Of a DNA stretch of 64,000 nt, positions 34,619-47,900 are shown in pieces; position 1 is the stretch's first letter; each line of letters begins with the position of its first letter. Position numbers and translations under genes: made by a program. The DNA comes from Trichosphaerium sp. ATCC 40318 (Eukaryota; Protista; Tubulinea), in contig JALMLS010000504.1 of the NCBI GenBank assembly GCA_038496445.1, positions 62,001-126,000 on the forward strand. Reading direction: 5' to 3'. Under the pieces are notes generated by a model that saw nothing but the letters and a program-made list of their open reading frames with translations, searched no databases and was not told the DNA's origin.

Positions 34619-37600
34619 TCACTCGATGCCGTTCATTTCTACATCTAGTGAAGCTAAATCTTTACCAAACTGAGCTGCAATACCAAGAGTCTTTTGGATA
34701 TGTTCATTTGTAACAGGCTTTTCTTCAGCAATTGCAAGCGCTTGACTCAATCTCAAACTAATAAAAAAAAACGTCAATAAAAGTCTGGTCAACTTGGTGA
34801 TACAGAACGCTACTAATCCAAAAAATATTGTGTATACTAGTCAGAATATATAATAGTATATGTATAAAGCGTACTCAATATTACAAAAAGAAGGCTTTTC
34901 TTAGTGATAAATGCGAAAGGATAACGAAAGGTTTTTTTGTACTTCAAAAAAAAAAAAGTACGCACCAGTTCTTGATTTGACGCCCATTTATGTTATGCTT
35001 AGCAAGAGGTGCTGGGTCTACACCTTCAATACCTGCGTCTTCAAGGAAGTTTTTCCAAATTTTGGCTCTGACAGGTTCTGTCAAGTCCGGATATCTGAAA
35101 GGGAAAACACATCAGAATTGTTAAGAAAATAATAGGATATTGTACTTTATGGCAATCGTGATACGTGAGTGAAAAGCTTCATCAAATGATCTGACGCGGT
35201 TTGTTGTTAAAAACAAGACACCATTATGGTACTCTAGAAGTCTATAAACAGAATAAGCTCAGAAACATGAAGCTGTACAACAATTACGATTTCCTCAACA
35301 AAAAAAAAGATACCTCAAGAAGATACCAACCATGGCGTTTCTGTGTACGTCTTGCTCTGTTCTGCGCTCCAAGAATATGTCTAATGAATATAAGTAATCA
35401 TACTAATTCTTTAGCACATACCTGCTTCGTCCAAAAGAATGACAGCGTTCCATAAAGAAGCAACGTCCAAAATCTCTCTAGAAGAAAAAAATAAGAAAAT
35501 ATTTTCCTTTTCACCTTTTTTTATGAGTTCCAGTGACGTACTTTAGTTTAGATTCTAAGCTTTGTGGTGTGGTACCAAGTTCTCCAACAGTTACAGAATA
35601 AAGGGGACGTTTTAATAACTCAGCAATAGCCTCAGCAGTCAAAGTTTTTCCAACTCCTGGTTTTCCGTGAAGCAAAAAGATACAACCATTTCCCTTTGTA
35701 CTGATGATATCAGTCCATGTTTTATGAACATGCTCTACTAGTGCTTTGATAAGTGTCTTACGCTCTTGAGGTAGGACAAGTCTATCGAAAGCCTTAACAT
35801 CAAAATCGACTGGTTTCAATTGATTTATGTTGAACTCTCCCCATTTCTTTGCTTGGAAAGAAAAACCGTATACAATAGGTACTGTCTTGTATATCTCGTG
35901 TTCTGGAATATCTTCCATAGCACCATCGCTGAACCCTGTTCTATAGTTCGGTTGACGCTTTTTAAAAGTTGCTGGGTCTACCATGACACGACCATCGCTT
36001 AAAAAAGAGTAAGAACGCAGAAACTAAGTTTTAAAAGAGTTGAACTCAAGTTTTGTTTTTTTTTTACACTTACGCTTTTATCTTGTACCAACCTGTCAGC
36101 ATGTTTCCAGTGTGTGATAGGAACTTAACACCCTTTGCTATTTCTCCAAATCTCTAGAGTAATTATAGTGAGTAGTTATGTTTAAACAGGAGGGAGTAAA
36201 AACAAAAAAAGAGAATACACATACTTGACCTCTTTCTTTCAATTGTTCGAATACTTCTGGTGTCATCTTCTTCAAATCAAAGTCATCTAAAGAATGAATA
36301 CCATCGTATTTTGGTACAGTCCATTTACGCTTTTCTAAAAGGAATAAGCAAAAAGGTAATACAAGAAGAGGAGGAGCTAAAAACAGAAGAAAAAAAAAAG
36401 GTACCATAAGAAAATGTCTCGCCAACACACTTAATTAGCTTCGCATTGATCTCAGCGTAACTTGACCAATAACCATGTACGTAACGGAAACTATCTACTT
36501 CTGTACCAATATATTCATTTGGTAATTTCGAACTTGTTGCTAAAGCAAGTTAAGTAATTAATTTGTTTTACAAAGAAAATAATCAAGACTTTTGATTGAC
36601 TTCGTTCACTTGTATTGCGCCTCTGTGGTAATAATTCTTTTCTATAATACGGAGGTTTGCTTACCATACACTTTTTGTCCTTGTGGGAACAAGTACCACA
36701 GGAATTCGTAAGTGACATTTCCATCTTTGATCATATTCTAGAATAACTATTAAGTTTTTTTTTCGAAAGAAAAGGTATCTTCACGTACTTCTATTTTATC
36801 AAGTTTCTCTGCGTATTGTTTTTGTAGATAGTCAACAATAGATTTAACAACATGCTCGCCATTTTTGCTCAGCCTGAAGCATGTAAACGTAAAAAAACGA
36901 GAAAACAAAAAACTACAAAATGAAAAAGAGAAAAAGGTGAGCGATTCACTTTGGTCATCTCTTTCACTACTTACTCGTGTTGCATAGTACGTAAATGGTT
37001 CAATAATGTCATAGCAAGTATCTCAGGTGTATCATGATCATAAAATATCTTCCACTTCGTCAAGTCAAGCAAATATTTTTTCAAAGCTTGATTCTTTATT
37101 TTGATGTAAGTATGTGACACCTTCATTGTGCTATAAAACAAAAACACAAGTAAGTAAAATCACGTGACATTAGTGTGCGCGTAAAATAGCATAAAATAAT
37201 TATGTGTAAGATTACCTATTGGCATCACGTTCCTAGATAAGGTGTAAGAAGGGAGACAAAAGCAAAAAAAGACGAGGAAAAAAAAAAAAAAAAAGGAAAA
37301 CACCCCAAACCACGGTCCCCAAACAAAAACTTTGTGATCGATTGTGGCTTCAAACGCGTGTAACCAGTGTTTGTGGCGTGCACGTCATCTGAAGTGTCGC
37401 AGACGGAAAATTATTTTGAGCTTTTTTCTTATGGGTTAAGACGCTTGTTTTGGCTTTGATACAGTGTGGGATATTGTTTTTAGTGGTTTGGGGTACTTTT
37501 GAGTATAAACTTACGTATTTCTTTTTGACCTCGAAATCTGGACCGACGTAAATACCTGCAGAGGTGCCAAACTTCGATCGTTGCGAACTAGAAGGTGTAG

Positions 37601-37985
37601 CGCTCTTAAAGTTGATGAGAAAGTTCATAGGATCATCTGGAGTCTTTTTATGCGATATAAATGCTTCGTTTAGGTCATCATCTGTTTCAATCTAGTGTAG
37701 GGAAGAGTTAGAGAGAAAAAGCCTTTAATGTTACAATATGATTTAAAGTAGCCTAGAACGACTGCGTACGCGTAGCCAAATTGGAGAGCGCATTGTTGTG
37801 TCTTTGTACTCAAAAGTGACGTCTTCTGGTAATGTCTGAGATACAAATAGCTTTCTAAATAGACCCATAACCTTCTTGCAAGTATTGAATTCATTTTTAG
37901 GCACTGTAGAGCGTTTTTTCTTGATACCGCTACAAGTTACCATTATCGAAACAGTATCAGCCTGGGAACCATTAGGTGCGCTCAT
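34619..37985 (-). CDS. AAA+ ATPase (fungal/protist family with long N-terminal region), multi-exon
   Basis: YGFSFQAKKWGEF, FDRLVLP, Walker A LLHGKPGVGKTLTAE, LYSVTVGELG, Walker B WNAVILLDEA, FLTTNR. Confidence 0.9.
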
Positions 37986-38246
37986 GGTGTATGGTTGACT
38001 GGATTGACTTGTATTGATTTCTATTGATGGTCTATTCCATGTGTATCTCCGCTGATCTTATCTATTCGCTCTAGAGAACACAGTAGAGAGCGCTGAAACA
38101 ACAAGTCGGAATTACTGTTTGTAAACACTAGGAATGCTGCTCGCAGATTTCTACAATCAACTGGTGTTGTAAATACCCACTACTTTACGAGTCACTATAG
38201 CTTAGCGTTTGTGATAAGTTGACATATCACAGTAATCACCAACACA

Positions 38247-40111
38247 ATGGCCTTAGAGCTCGATGTACGCATAGAAAAGATTATATACCCACCTTACATG
38301 TAAAAAAGACCGTTTTAAAAAAACTAAGTTGCTAAATTAAAAAACCGGTCAACGATGCATTATTAACCTAAACAATGATGCTTTTAGCGTATTACGCGCT
38401 GATAAGTTTTTTTTGTGTTTTTTCACTTTTATTCACCTACAAATAGCTTTTTGATAGTGGTAATCCAATAGAATTAGGACCGGTTGAAGATGGTACGATA
38501 AGAAATTGCTAACGGTGCGACTCTAAAAAAAAAATCGTGATAGGTGGAAATATCGTGGCATATCCAACAGAATACTCTGATATTGATAGCTCCACTTTCA
38601 TTAAATCGCCTACATCGCATTGTGGTACGTGTTTTTCAATCTCAGACAAAATTATCAACAAAACAAAACAAAACAGTTCTTTGCAACCTTGGCTCAGTGT
38701 ACACGTGCCTATGTTCCAAAATACCAAATCTATTACTTGCTCGTACCATTACACCTATTGTATGTACACGTGCAGCATGGCAAGGTTGAAACTTTACATT
38801 TTGTTGCTTTTTTTTTTCTGATAATATTCCATTCCGTATTTGATTGTCCGTTTCATCGCTAATGTTTTTGCTAAATAGTGATTAATATCATACCACCGAG
38901 AGAAAATTGGCCAATGATGCAAGCTTTGAGATCTATATCAGTACCAAATTCACGTTGTGGACCACACTTGTCATTCATTGATCCTTTTGTTAAAGTTAGT
39001 TTTACTCCGCTTAACTTTTCCTTAAAATTGCTCCACATAGTCTTATAATATTTCAGGTGGAACATTATGATGATGCTTTCAAACTTATTAATGAGGCATT
39101 ACAATGGTTTATGCCATTTGATATTACATTAAATACCCTAAATCACTTTGAACATAAAAAGTAAAAACTTTATTTATTTTTTTTCATTGTCTCAACTTAG
39201 TTCTCTCTCTAGGAGTTTCACTTTGTATGTTGAAGCAAAATCTGATCCACCAACAGCACTTCAAGAGCTTCAAAATACCATTATGAGAGTTATACCTCAG
39301 TGTAACGATACAGTACAGTTTTTTTTGTTACAACTCGAAGCAATCGTTTTTACTGATTGTTTTTTTTTCACTTTTAGGCTACGAGATCAAAGCAAGGATA
39401 CATACCACACCTAACTATAGGTAAATATAGAAGCAGACAATCAATGGAAAATGCGAAGAAACAGATACAAAAAGAATGGGTTAATGTTCGATTCAAGCTT
39501 TCAGAGTTGTACTTCCTAAACAGGTAACTTCGGGATATTTTTTTTGAGCTTTGTTTTAAAAGAAATTTAGGAAAGGCGGCGACCCTTTCCATGTTTCTCG
39601 TGTTGTCCCAATAGGTTCCTCACTTGATCCAAATTCTCCTAAACCAATACCCCATTTTGGACCTGGAAGTTGTTTGGAGGGTAAGGCTGGATGTACAGTT
39701 GTTGTGATGGGCTTTCCAAAAAACTTTTCTGATGAACAATTGGAAGCACTTTTCAAACCTAAGTACAAGGTTGTTGCAGCTGAGGTTACACAAAACCCAA
39801 AGGGAAAGAAACGCCAACTAGGTAATAGTTTATTTATACCATAACCAGCAATTAAAAGTCATTTAGGTGTCGTTGAGTTTAGTAGCTTGGAAGAAGCTCA
39901 AAAAGTATTAAAGGAAGAATTTGTATCTGAGCAACCTATTCCAGATCACGTGATTTACACTAAGCACTTACCAAATATGGTACTACACGCGCTACAATAC
40001 AACTACAATACTAAATATCTATAGGTATTCCCTGGTACTGTAGGAGACTATTGCTCATTCCCAGGTGCTTGTGAGTACCTTAAAGAAAAAGGACTTTGGA
40101 CACCAAAGTAA
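38247..40111 (+). CDS. 2H phosphoesterase (2'-5' RNA ligase/LENG9-like) fused to a C-terminal RRM, multi-exon; start approximate
   Basis: IIPPRENWPMMQALR...GPHLSFIDPF (HxS) and YIPHLTIG (HxT). RRM motifs TVVVMGFPKNFSDEQL and GVVEFSSLEEAQK. Confidence 0.75.
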
Positions 40112-41176
40112 TACCATCTGTAAGCCCTACTTATCTCATACCCCACGTAACATTAAGAGTACATATATCACGCAATAATACATCCGTGTATCATAAACAT
40201 GTACGCCAGTGCAAGAAGGCAACAAGGGTTTTTTATTGCAACCTTGGATTTTTTTTTGTGCACAGTTTAATCACGTGGTAATCTGTAAATATTTCCTTCG
40301 CGTCTTAGAGCAGGTTGTTGACGTGCTTGGCGTTGTTGAGGTCGTCTGGCATTTGGGTTATTCTATTTGGACACGTGTCAGTACTATGATTTACAACTCT
40401 ATACGCCTCTACGTACTTGTGAGGGAGCAGGTCCTAAAAATGAGTTGAAAAGGCTTTGTCCGGTTGTTTGATTCTACATTAAGATTTAAACTTGCTATAA
40501 CAGTAATATATATTATTTATGTACTTGTGGGCGTTGTTGCTGGTTATTTTGCCCGTTTTGTGAATTTCGTGTCGTATTACCGTTTTGAGGACCGTTATTC
40601 TGGCTTATGGCGTAGTATATTACAGCTGCGTACAGTAGAGCCATTTGCCATCCAGCAAAGAAGAATATGCCTAGTTTTTGCTTAAAACGCGTTTTTCTGG
40701 TTTAAAAACCAACACACCGGCGCCTATGAGCAACAAATTTTGCTTTGTAAAGCGATTACCAAATACTTCAACCGTTGTCCCAAGCTGGTCCATAAAATTG
40801 TTTCCTCCTTGATTTGGTTGCATTTTACGATGTGTCAGTGATGCCAAAAGAAGTTATGAACAAGTCAAAGCCAAGCTGAGGTGTTTATCAACTTAACATA
40901 AACTACGTCACAAAAACGGTTTCTATAAGGACTTTCAAGTAATTGTAATAAACCACGAAGTTGTTTACGAAAAAAATAGGAATGAAAAGTCACATAAGTA
41001 GAACTCATCTCTAAGTTAGTCCTGTATTTGTTGCAGTCCGTAATTAGTATATGATATTGGCTTGTAAAAAAAAGGTGCACTAGGTGCAACCTCTTGGGCA
41101 ATGAAATTCGTCAAGTTTCACATTAAAAAGCAGGAATGTTTCGACAGAAAAGGAAGGCTAGTTTATTGGTTTGAAC

Positions 41177-43078
41177 TCATGAAATGGTACAAGTAGAATC
41201 TTTTGATTTTGAGGGGCATGCTTTCTTCACTACATCAGCATAAGATTCATAAGGATTTACATTCTTCACTGCCATGTTAACAATCTTTTGGTTTTCTAGC
41301 ATGATTTTTATTGCCTTGGATCGCTGCTCAAATCCAGGTTGCTAGAACAAATGTTAGCACATTCTCGTTGGTAAGCCCTTTTTGTACCTTGTTAGTTTGC
41401 TCTGACTCGAGCATCAACATAAGATATTTTTCTACAGACTCGACTTGAGGTTGAAGTGCAATTTCCGAAAGGCGATTAGAGCTTCTTTTGATTAGCATCA
41501 ATGATGAGCTGATTACTTCGCCTATTTTTTCTATATTCTTCACTAAACCTTGTTTTACTTGCTCTGTCTTCTCAACGTCCGTTTTTGCGTTTGTGTAGCG
41601 ATCAAACAACTCTTGTTGTGTAACAACAACATCTTTGGAAGAGTACTTGAACCAGTAGGGTACATTGCTATGCGAGCTCCAATGACACTTCTTAGCGCAC
41701 CTTGTACAATTTTCTTGTTTCATGGCAACACATCCTTTTTTACCGCTGTCATTCGGTATGGCACAATTACTATGGCATGTGAAATTGCACACACGACAAG
41801 TAGTTGTATTTATTCCTTTGTTCGAAATGTCAATTTTTTCAATAGTCGGTTGCTTGACTACAACTTTGAAGTTGCTGTTTGTCTTCATTTCGGCCTTGTG
41901 CTGTTCAATTAGAGAGAGCGTTGTTGTTAGATTATCGAGTAATCCTAAACAGTTATCAAGCATTGGACGTGCTTGAAGCACTTGCATCTCAAGATACTGC
42001 CTTAACAAACAGCTTTAGTGACGATGAACGATTATTCGTTCAGTACCTTTCTTTCAGTACATCCTTTGTAAGCTGAAGACTAACTGGAGACATTTGATCA
42101 AGCAGTTGAAAGAATTTTTCGAACTCATTGACACCGTTCTTCCACCAATATTTGGCAATCTCATCCTCATCGATTTGCGAAAAGAACCCAGAATTATTGA
42201 ATTTGAAGTACTTTGTCAAAGGCATGTTATGTGCTTTAACCGCTTCCAAAGCAGGTGGTACTTGACTGTCAGAGAAATTGAAAATGAAGACTATGTTGTT
42301 GATAACATCATTCCCAAAGAGTCCTAGTAGCCGGCCGAATACGTATACTTGAGCTGGGGTTAAGCGTCCCTGAGGAGCACGCATAGTGAAGCAAATCATG
42401 TGAAGAGAATCAATTTCCCGTTCAAAGAACCTTTTGATATCATCAAGGGTTTGTTTGTCGCCATCTATACCACGTTCGTCGCTGAATCCAGGAGTGTCAA
42501 CTAAAGTGAGGTTGTATTCAAGCGCAGGAGGTTCCATTTTGTAGGCAGTTACGTCATGGGTACGATGGCAGGCTTTCCCATGAGGAGCTTCTTCCTCATG
42601 CACCAACAGCGTTCTAAAATCATCGCAGTATTGAACGTTAAAGAGGTAGTTTGTGGCTGAATTTAACCATGTGCTTTTGCCAGTGCCTGTTTCGCCGACT
42701 ACTAGTATAGTTTTTGAAGGCTTGATAGCGTCCTACAACTAACTAAGAACTGAACTGTTTTGTTAGAAGCAGAAAAGACCGTACCTTGTACTTGCGGACT
42801 ACAGGAACCTTATACAAGTTAGGTCCTACTTGCTCAACCCCAGAGATATCGTTTGGGTTTTGCTTCTTTTTAGCGCTTTCTTTTTCATCCTGAGCTTCAA
42901 TTTCGGGGTCTTTTTTGTTGTTGGTAGCTGTGTTGTCTTTTTTAGAAACTAGCGTGCTGAATCTCTGAGAGATTGTTGAAGCAATAGAAGACGTAAACTG
43001 TGCCACGTTAAACCTACGCTACTCACCTGTTAATTTGCTTGGAAATAAGGTGACACGTACTTCAGTATTTTCTGCCAT
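41177..43078 (-). CDS. Septin/AIG1-like P-loop GTPase with Cys/His-rich insert, coiled coil and CaaX tail
   Basis: G1 VVGETGTGKST, G3 DTPGF, FKFNNS, and CRVCNFTCHSNC...CTRCAKKCHWSSH. The last exon ends DSTCTIS-stop. Confidence 0.85.
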
Positions 43079-43389
43079 GTAATTGTCTCTGAGAGGTTTT
43101 CTTTAAACTGGCAACTCGCTTAACTACTACAACCAACTTAAGGCCTTTTATCACGTGTTTTCAGCGAGTGTGTGGTCAAGTTTCATCTAGAATTTTATTT
43201 GTCTAAATCTACTTCTCGTTCACCAACTAGTTATGAACAACTTGCGAACATTACCGTTTCTGTACCAAACATGCCACTTGCATTCAGCACGTCATTTGTA
43301 TACTAATGCACTGACAATTGATCATTCTCAAACCACTGCTTGCACCTACCATTCATCATGTTGATAGCAGTGTTCCTTCAATACACAGA

Positions 43390-43500
43390 AATACCAGCAT
43401 TTTCTTGTGTCTTATCATTCTCAAAATATTCCTGGGTTGCAAGTTGACCATTCTCATACCATAACTGTCTCACTCCATCTTTAACGCCATCAATGTCATG
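43390..43500 (-). pseudogene. MORN-variant (YwqK-like) repeat gene fragment
   Basis: Reads DGVRQLWYENGQLATQEYFENDK. The surrounding frame is broken. Confidence 0.55.
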
Positions 43501-43815
43501 GCATAGCTCCATTGAACCACTTTTATAGCGTGAGTCTAAATTTATCTTATTGTAATGGGTATGAGACGATCAAGAGTGCCATCTTTTCTCCAATTTGTTT
43601 GTAGTACTTTATGTTGATATTTTCCCATTTTTACCAAGTCTTCTCTTACATTCCTCTTGTTAACGTTTCCAACTTCAATGCAAAGGTGTTGAATTTAGCA
43701 GAATGAATTTAATATCAGCTATGTCATTGTACAAGCAGCTTTCAGGACATCATTCACTTGTCTAACCTATGCAATGCGAGATTACTACAATTGTTCACCG
43801 TGGTGGCATTCTAGA

Positions 43816-43894
43816 TGCGCTAAGAAGTGTCATTGGAGCTCGCATAGCAATGTACCCTACTGGTTCAAGTACTCTTCCAAAGATGTTGTTGTTA
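43816..43894 (+). repeat. 79-bp exact inverted copy of a GTPase exon segment (41621-41699)
   Basis: tgcgctaagaagtgtcattgg...gatgttgttgtta is the reverse complement of 41621-41699. Confidence 0.9.
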
Positions 43895-44946
43895 AACATT
43901 GCGTACGAAGGGTTGCTTGAGAATTAGAAGAGTCCTTTGAGTAACCATTCTAGACAAAGGCTGGAGGCGCTTTTGGAGTCAAGCTGCTGCAAAAAGAGTT
44001 TAGAGCTTTTGGCGCCTATTGATTTGCACAATAGAAATTGATGTGGATGTACGTTGTTGCCACTAATATCATTTGTTTTATTCGGGATTTGCACAAAATG
44101 GTGTTAAGCACTTAGAACCGCGTTCAGCGGTACTTTTAATACATTTACAACTTTCCATCCGTGCGACACGAGCCTTAGCCTGTACACTCTTAAACACCAT
44201 TAGAATGTGCCCTTACTAGTACCATTGTAAATAATCAAAGTAGTAAATTGCAGAACTTCGGTTGGGCCCATGTCATAAAATTAAATTTGGAATAGTGTTC
44301 GTTAAATATGTAGACTAGATAAGTAGTCCTAGATGATGGTGACATGTACCGTGAACTTTAAAATCCGCTTTAATTTTATTTCACTTGAAAACACAATCAC
44401 GCAATGAGGTCCATTAACACAGCCTTCAAGTGTCCAACAGTCCGGAATTCAAGCACGTATATCGTAAGCACCTTGGGGGGGATGTTGGAGAATACCCGAC
44501 TGGAGAAATTACATGTAATTTAGGAATAAAAATGTTTTGTCACACGTGATTTTCAAACATCGTAGTTTAAAAGTAATTTTCAACATCTCAACGCGTAGGA
44601 GAGCTGTTTACATACAACGTTTGATACTAAAGCGATTTAACTTAAAGAACTACCAATACGAAATGCCTCTTATTAAACGTGTGTGGAGCATTTTACTAAA
44701 CGGGTTTGGCCCTTTACCATTTTATTAGGAAGTATTTTTTCATCTCCGAACGAGGTATTAGTATTGTTCCACTTGTAAACTTCAGCGTAAATTGTTTTTC
44801 TTTAAAGACAACATTAGACCGAACCGAAACTATCGGTCACCTCGAAAACTCGCGAAAGTTGTTCACATAAATCGATTGGTTAAACAGACTTATTGACCAT
44901 TCCTGTATTAAAGCAAAGCGTACCTTCGATACAATTACTTATCAAC

Positions 44947-47900
44947 ATGCAGAGCATCTCCACGCTTATAGCTCTTTGTTTTCTTATATTAGCGCTTACT
45001 GGTACGAAATACACTTAAACACATCCACACGCAAGAGACTACTGCTGATGGCCATTTATAACAAAAATCTATTTGAAGTGTTTTGTGCCTCTTATCTCAC
45101 AAAGTCATAACCACCACCACTATGTAGGTGCTACGACGACCAAGCGCCAAATGACTGTCACTTGGGCGGAGTTTCTTAGCGATATTTCTTCATCGTGTCA
45201 GGACACTGTTAACAGTGCTAATACAGTCACGTGGATCATAAATGATCCTTCCCGAAACCTACAGCTTGAAATGTTTAGAATCGATACACCTTTTCTATCA
45301 ACAACGACCATAACAAAAAATGATAATCAAGTCCAGCCCATCCCAAGTACGTACCAGTCTTCGTAAAAGGAAAAAATCTAAACTTGTGTCGCTACTACGG
45401 CAGCAATTTATCAAAAAATCACGTGGAATTGAAAAGTTTCTATTTTTAGTCAAAAACACAATTATACTAACCCCTTATACTATCCAGATAAATGGTATTT
45501 TTACGGTGATGTCGTAACTTCCACTGATCGAGATAACTCTGCTGCTTTCATAATGGTAGATAAAGGCACTTTACAAGTTTTTGGAGGCTACCACGACGGC
45601 GTACAAACTTGTTTATCTTGTTTTTCTGTTTGACAGCCTTTTCCCATAATGCGTATTTACCTTTTGTTTAGGGTAGCTTTTCAATAATAATACAGGGTAC
45701 AGCCAATGCTCAAGGAAGTACTATAGCATACGAGAACGAGTTCTTCTTCTTTCCTGACCTTAGTAAAAAGAAAAGTACTTCAGAAGAGCCAAGTACGCCA
45801 ACAAACTAACTAAAACATCTTAAACAACTTAATGATTTTTGAATAGCAACATCTTGTGGTTTCGATCATGTTGACCATGATCATGATGGAGTGCCAGAAG
45901 ACGCTAAACGCCAAGGTGGAGGATCTCCTTTTTTTAAGTATACATACAATGCAGGTCTAGATTTAAACACGCCATACTATACAGCAAGGGTATCGCTTTG
46001 TTTTTTTTCCAAATTAGACCTAATTTTAATCCACTAGTATGCTGTCGATGTTACATCTGATGTATTCAGCACCTCTGGTCAGTCTGAACAGTTTGTCATA
46101 GACTGGATAACTGCTACTTTCGCTTGGGGAAGTTGGGTATACGAAAGAGAATATGCACTTAAACTCAAATTAGCTGCAGTTTTCTATTACACAGACCCGA
46201 GTAAACTACATAAAAAAAACCCATAAATGACATCTTCTCACTTTTATATAGGCACTGATCCATATGATGGCTTGACAACTAACAGTACTATAGCATTGAA
46301 CACCTTAGAAAGGCTATATCCAGAAACACCGTATGCCAAGTTTGTAACTTTCTTCATACTAACGAAAATTTCAAGCGCGAAGAATGCAATTCAAAGAGAG
46401 TCAACATTAATTCTTTTCGGAAGTAGTAGTAGTAATAGCGCTTCAGGATTGGCTGGTTTGAATGTTTTCTGTGCTCCTGGATTCGCTTCAGCTTCAATTG
46501 GATGGAGGCTTGCTTCTGGATCAATGGTACCTTAAGAAGTTTTATAAAACTTTATTTTACTATGGTAGCTAACCACTGATCTAGAGACTAATGTTTCATG
46601 AGATTGGTCATAACGCTGGCAGTGAGCATACGCATTGTTATGGGGACTTGAGAATGAATATACCCGGCTTTGAGATGACAGAGGGCATAGATGGATGTGG
46701 CTTTGGTGGAGATGGATGTACTCCAGGAAGTATTGTACCAGATGAATGTAAGTTATTTGAAACAACATTGCTGTATTGACTTGGGTATTGTAGCATCGAT
46801 TATGTCTACTGGATGTCCTCAGGCTACAACTAGAGTGGCTTATCTTGGTAGAGCTGGTTTCTATGGTACAAACAGCGAACGTGTTCCTATTCTTCTGAGA
46901 GCTGCAATTGCATGGAGAAGAGGTACAACCATTCATAAAACAAAACACTGTTTTGTTAACATTTATGTAGTTTCTCCAAATAACTTTGCAAACTGCCTCC
47001 CTGATTGGGTTCACGGTTCAACAACAGTAGAATGTGATGACATTTTCCCAACAACAATGACAGATCCCCCAACAACTCTACCTCCAATGACAACTGATCC
47101 TCCAACAAGTCTACCGCCAACAACTCTACCACCAATGACAACAGACCCTCCAACAAGTCTACCTCCAACAACACTACCACCAATGACAACTGACCCTCCA
47201 ACAAGTCTACCACCAACTACACTACCTCCAATGACAACTGATCCTCCAACAAGTTTACCACCAACAACTCTACCACCAATGACAACTGATCCTCCAACAA
47301 GTCTGCCACCAACAACTCTACCTCCAACTATGACAGACCCTCCTACAACGCTACCTCCAACGACACTACCACCAATGACGACAGACCCTCCAACAAGTCT
47401 ACCACCAACAACATTACCGCCAATAACAACAGATCCTCCAACAACAGAACCACCTAATGCGCCACCAACTACAATAGCACCAAACACACCTCCAACAACT
47501 GTACCACCTACAACACCTCCAATAACAACAGATCCTCCAACGAGTCTACCACCAACAACATTACCGCCAATAACAACAGATCCTCCAACAACAGAACCAC
47601 CTAATGCGCCACCAACTACAATAGCACCAAACACACCTCCAACAAGTCTACCACCAACAACAATACCTCCAATAACAACAGATCCTCCAACAACAGAACC
47701 ACCTAATGCGCCACCAACTACAATAGCACCAAACACACCTCCAACAACTGTACCACCTACAACAACTCCAACAACATCAGCGCCAACTGAATCACCCACA
47801 AGTCAACCAACAACCATCACTCCAACTACAACTGCACCTGTGGGTCCTCCAACAAGGGCTCCTGTGCGATTCATACCACCACCAACAACTTCACCTGTGG

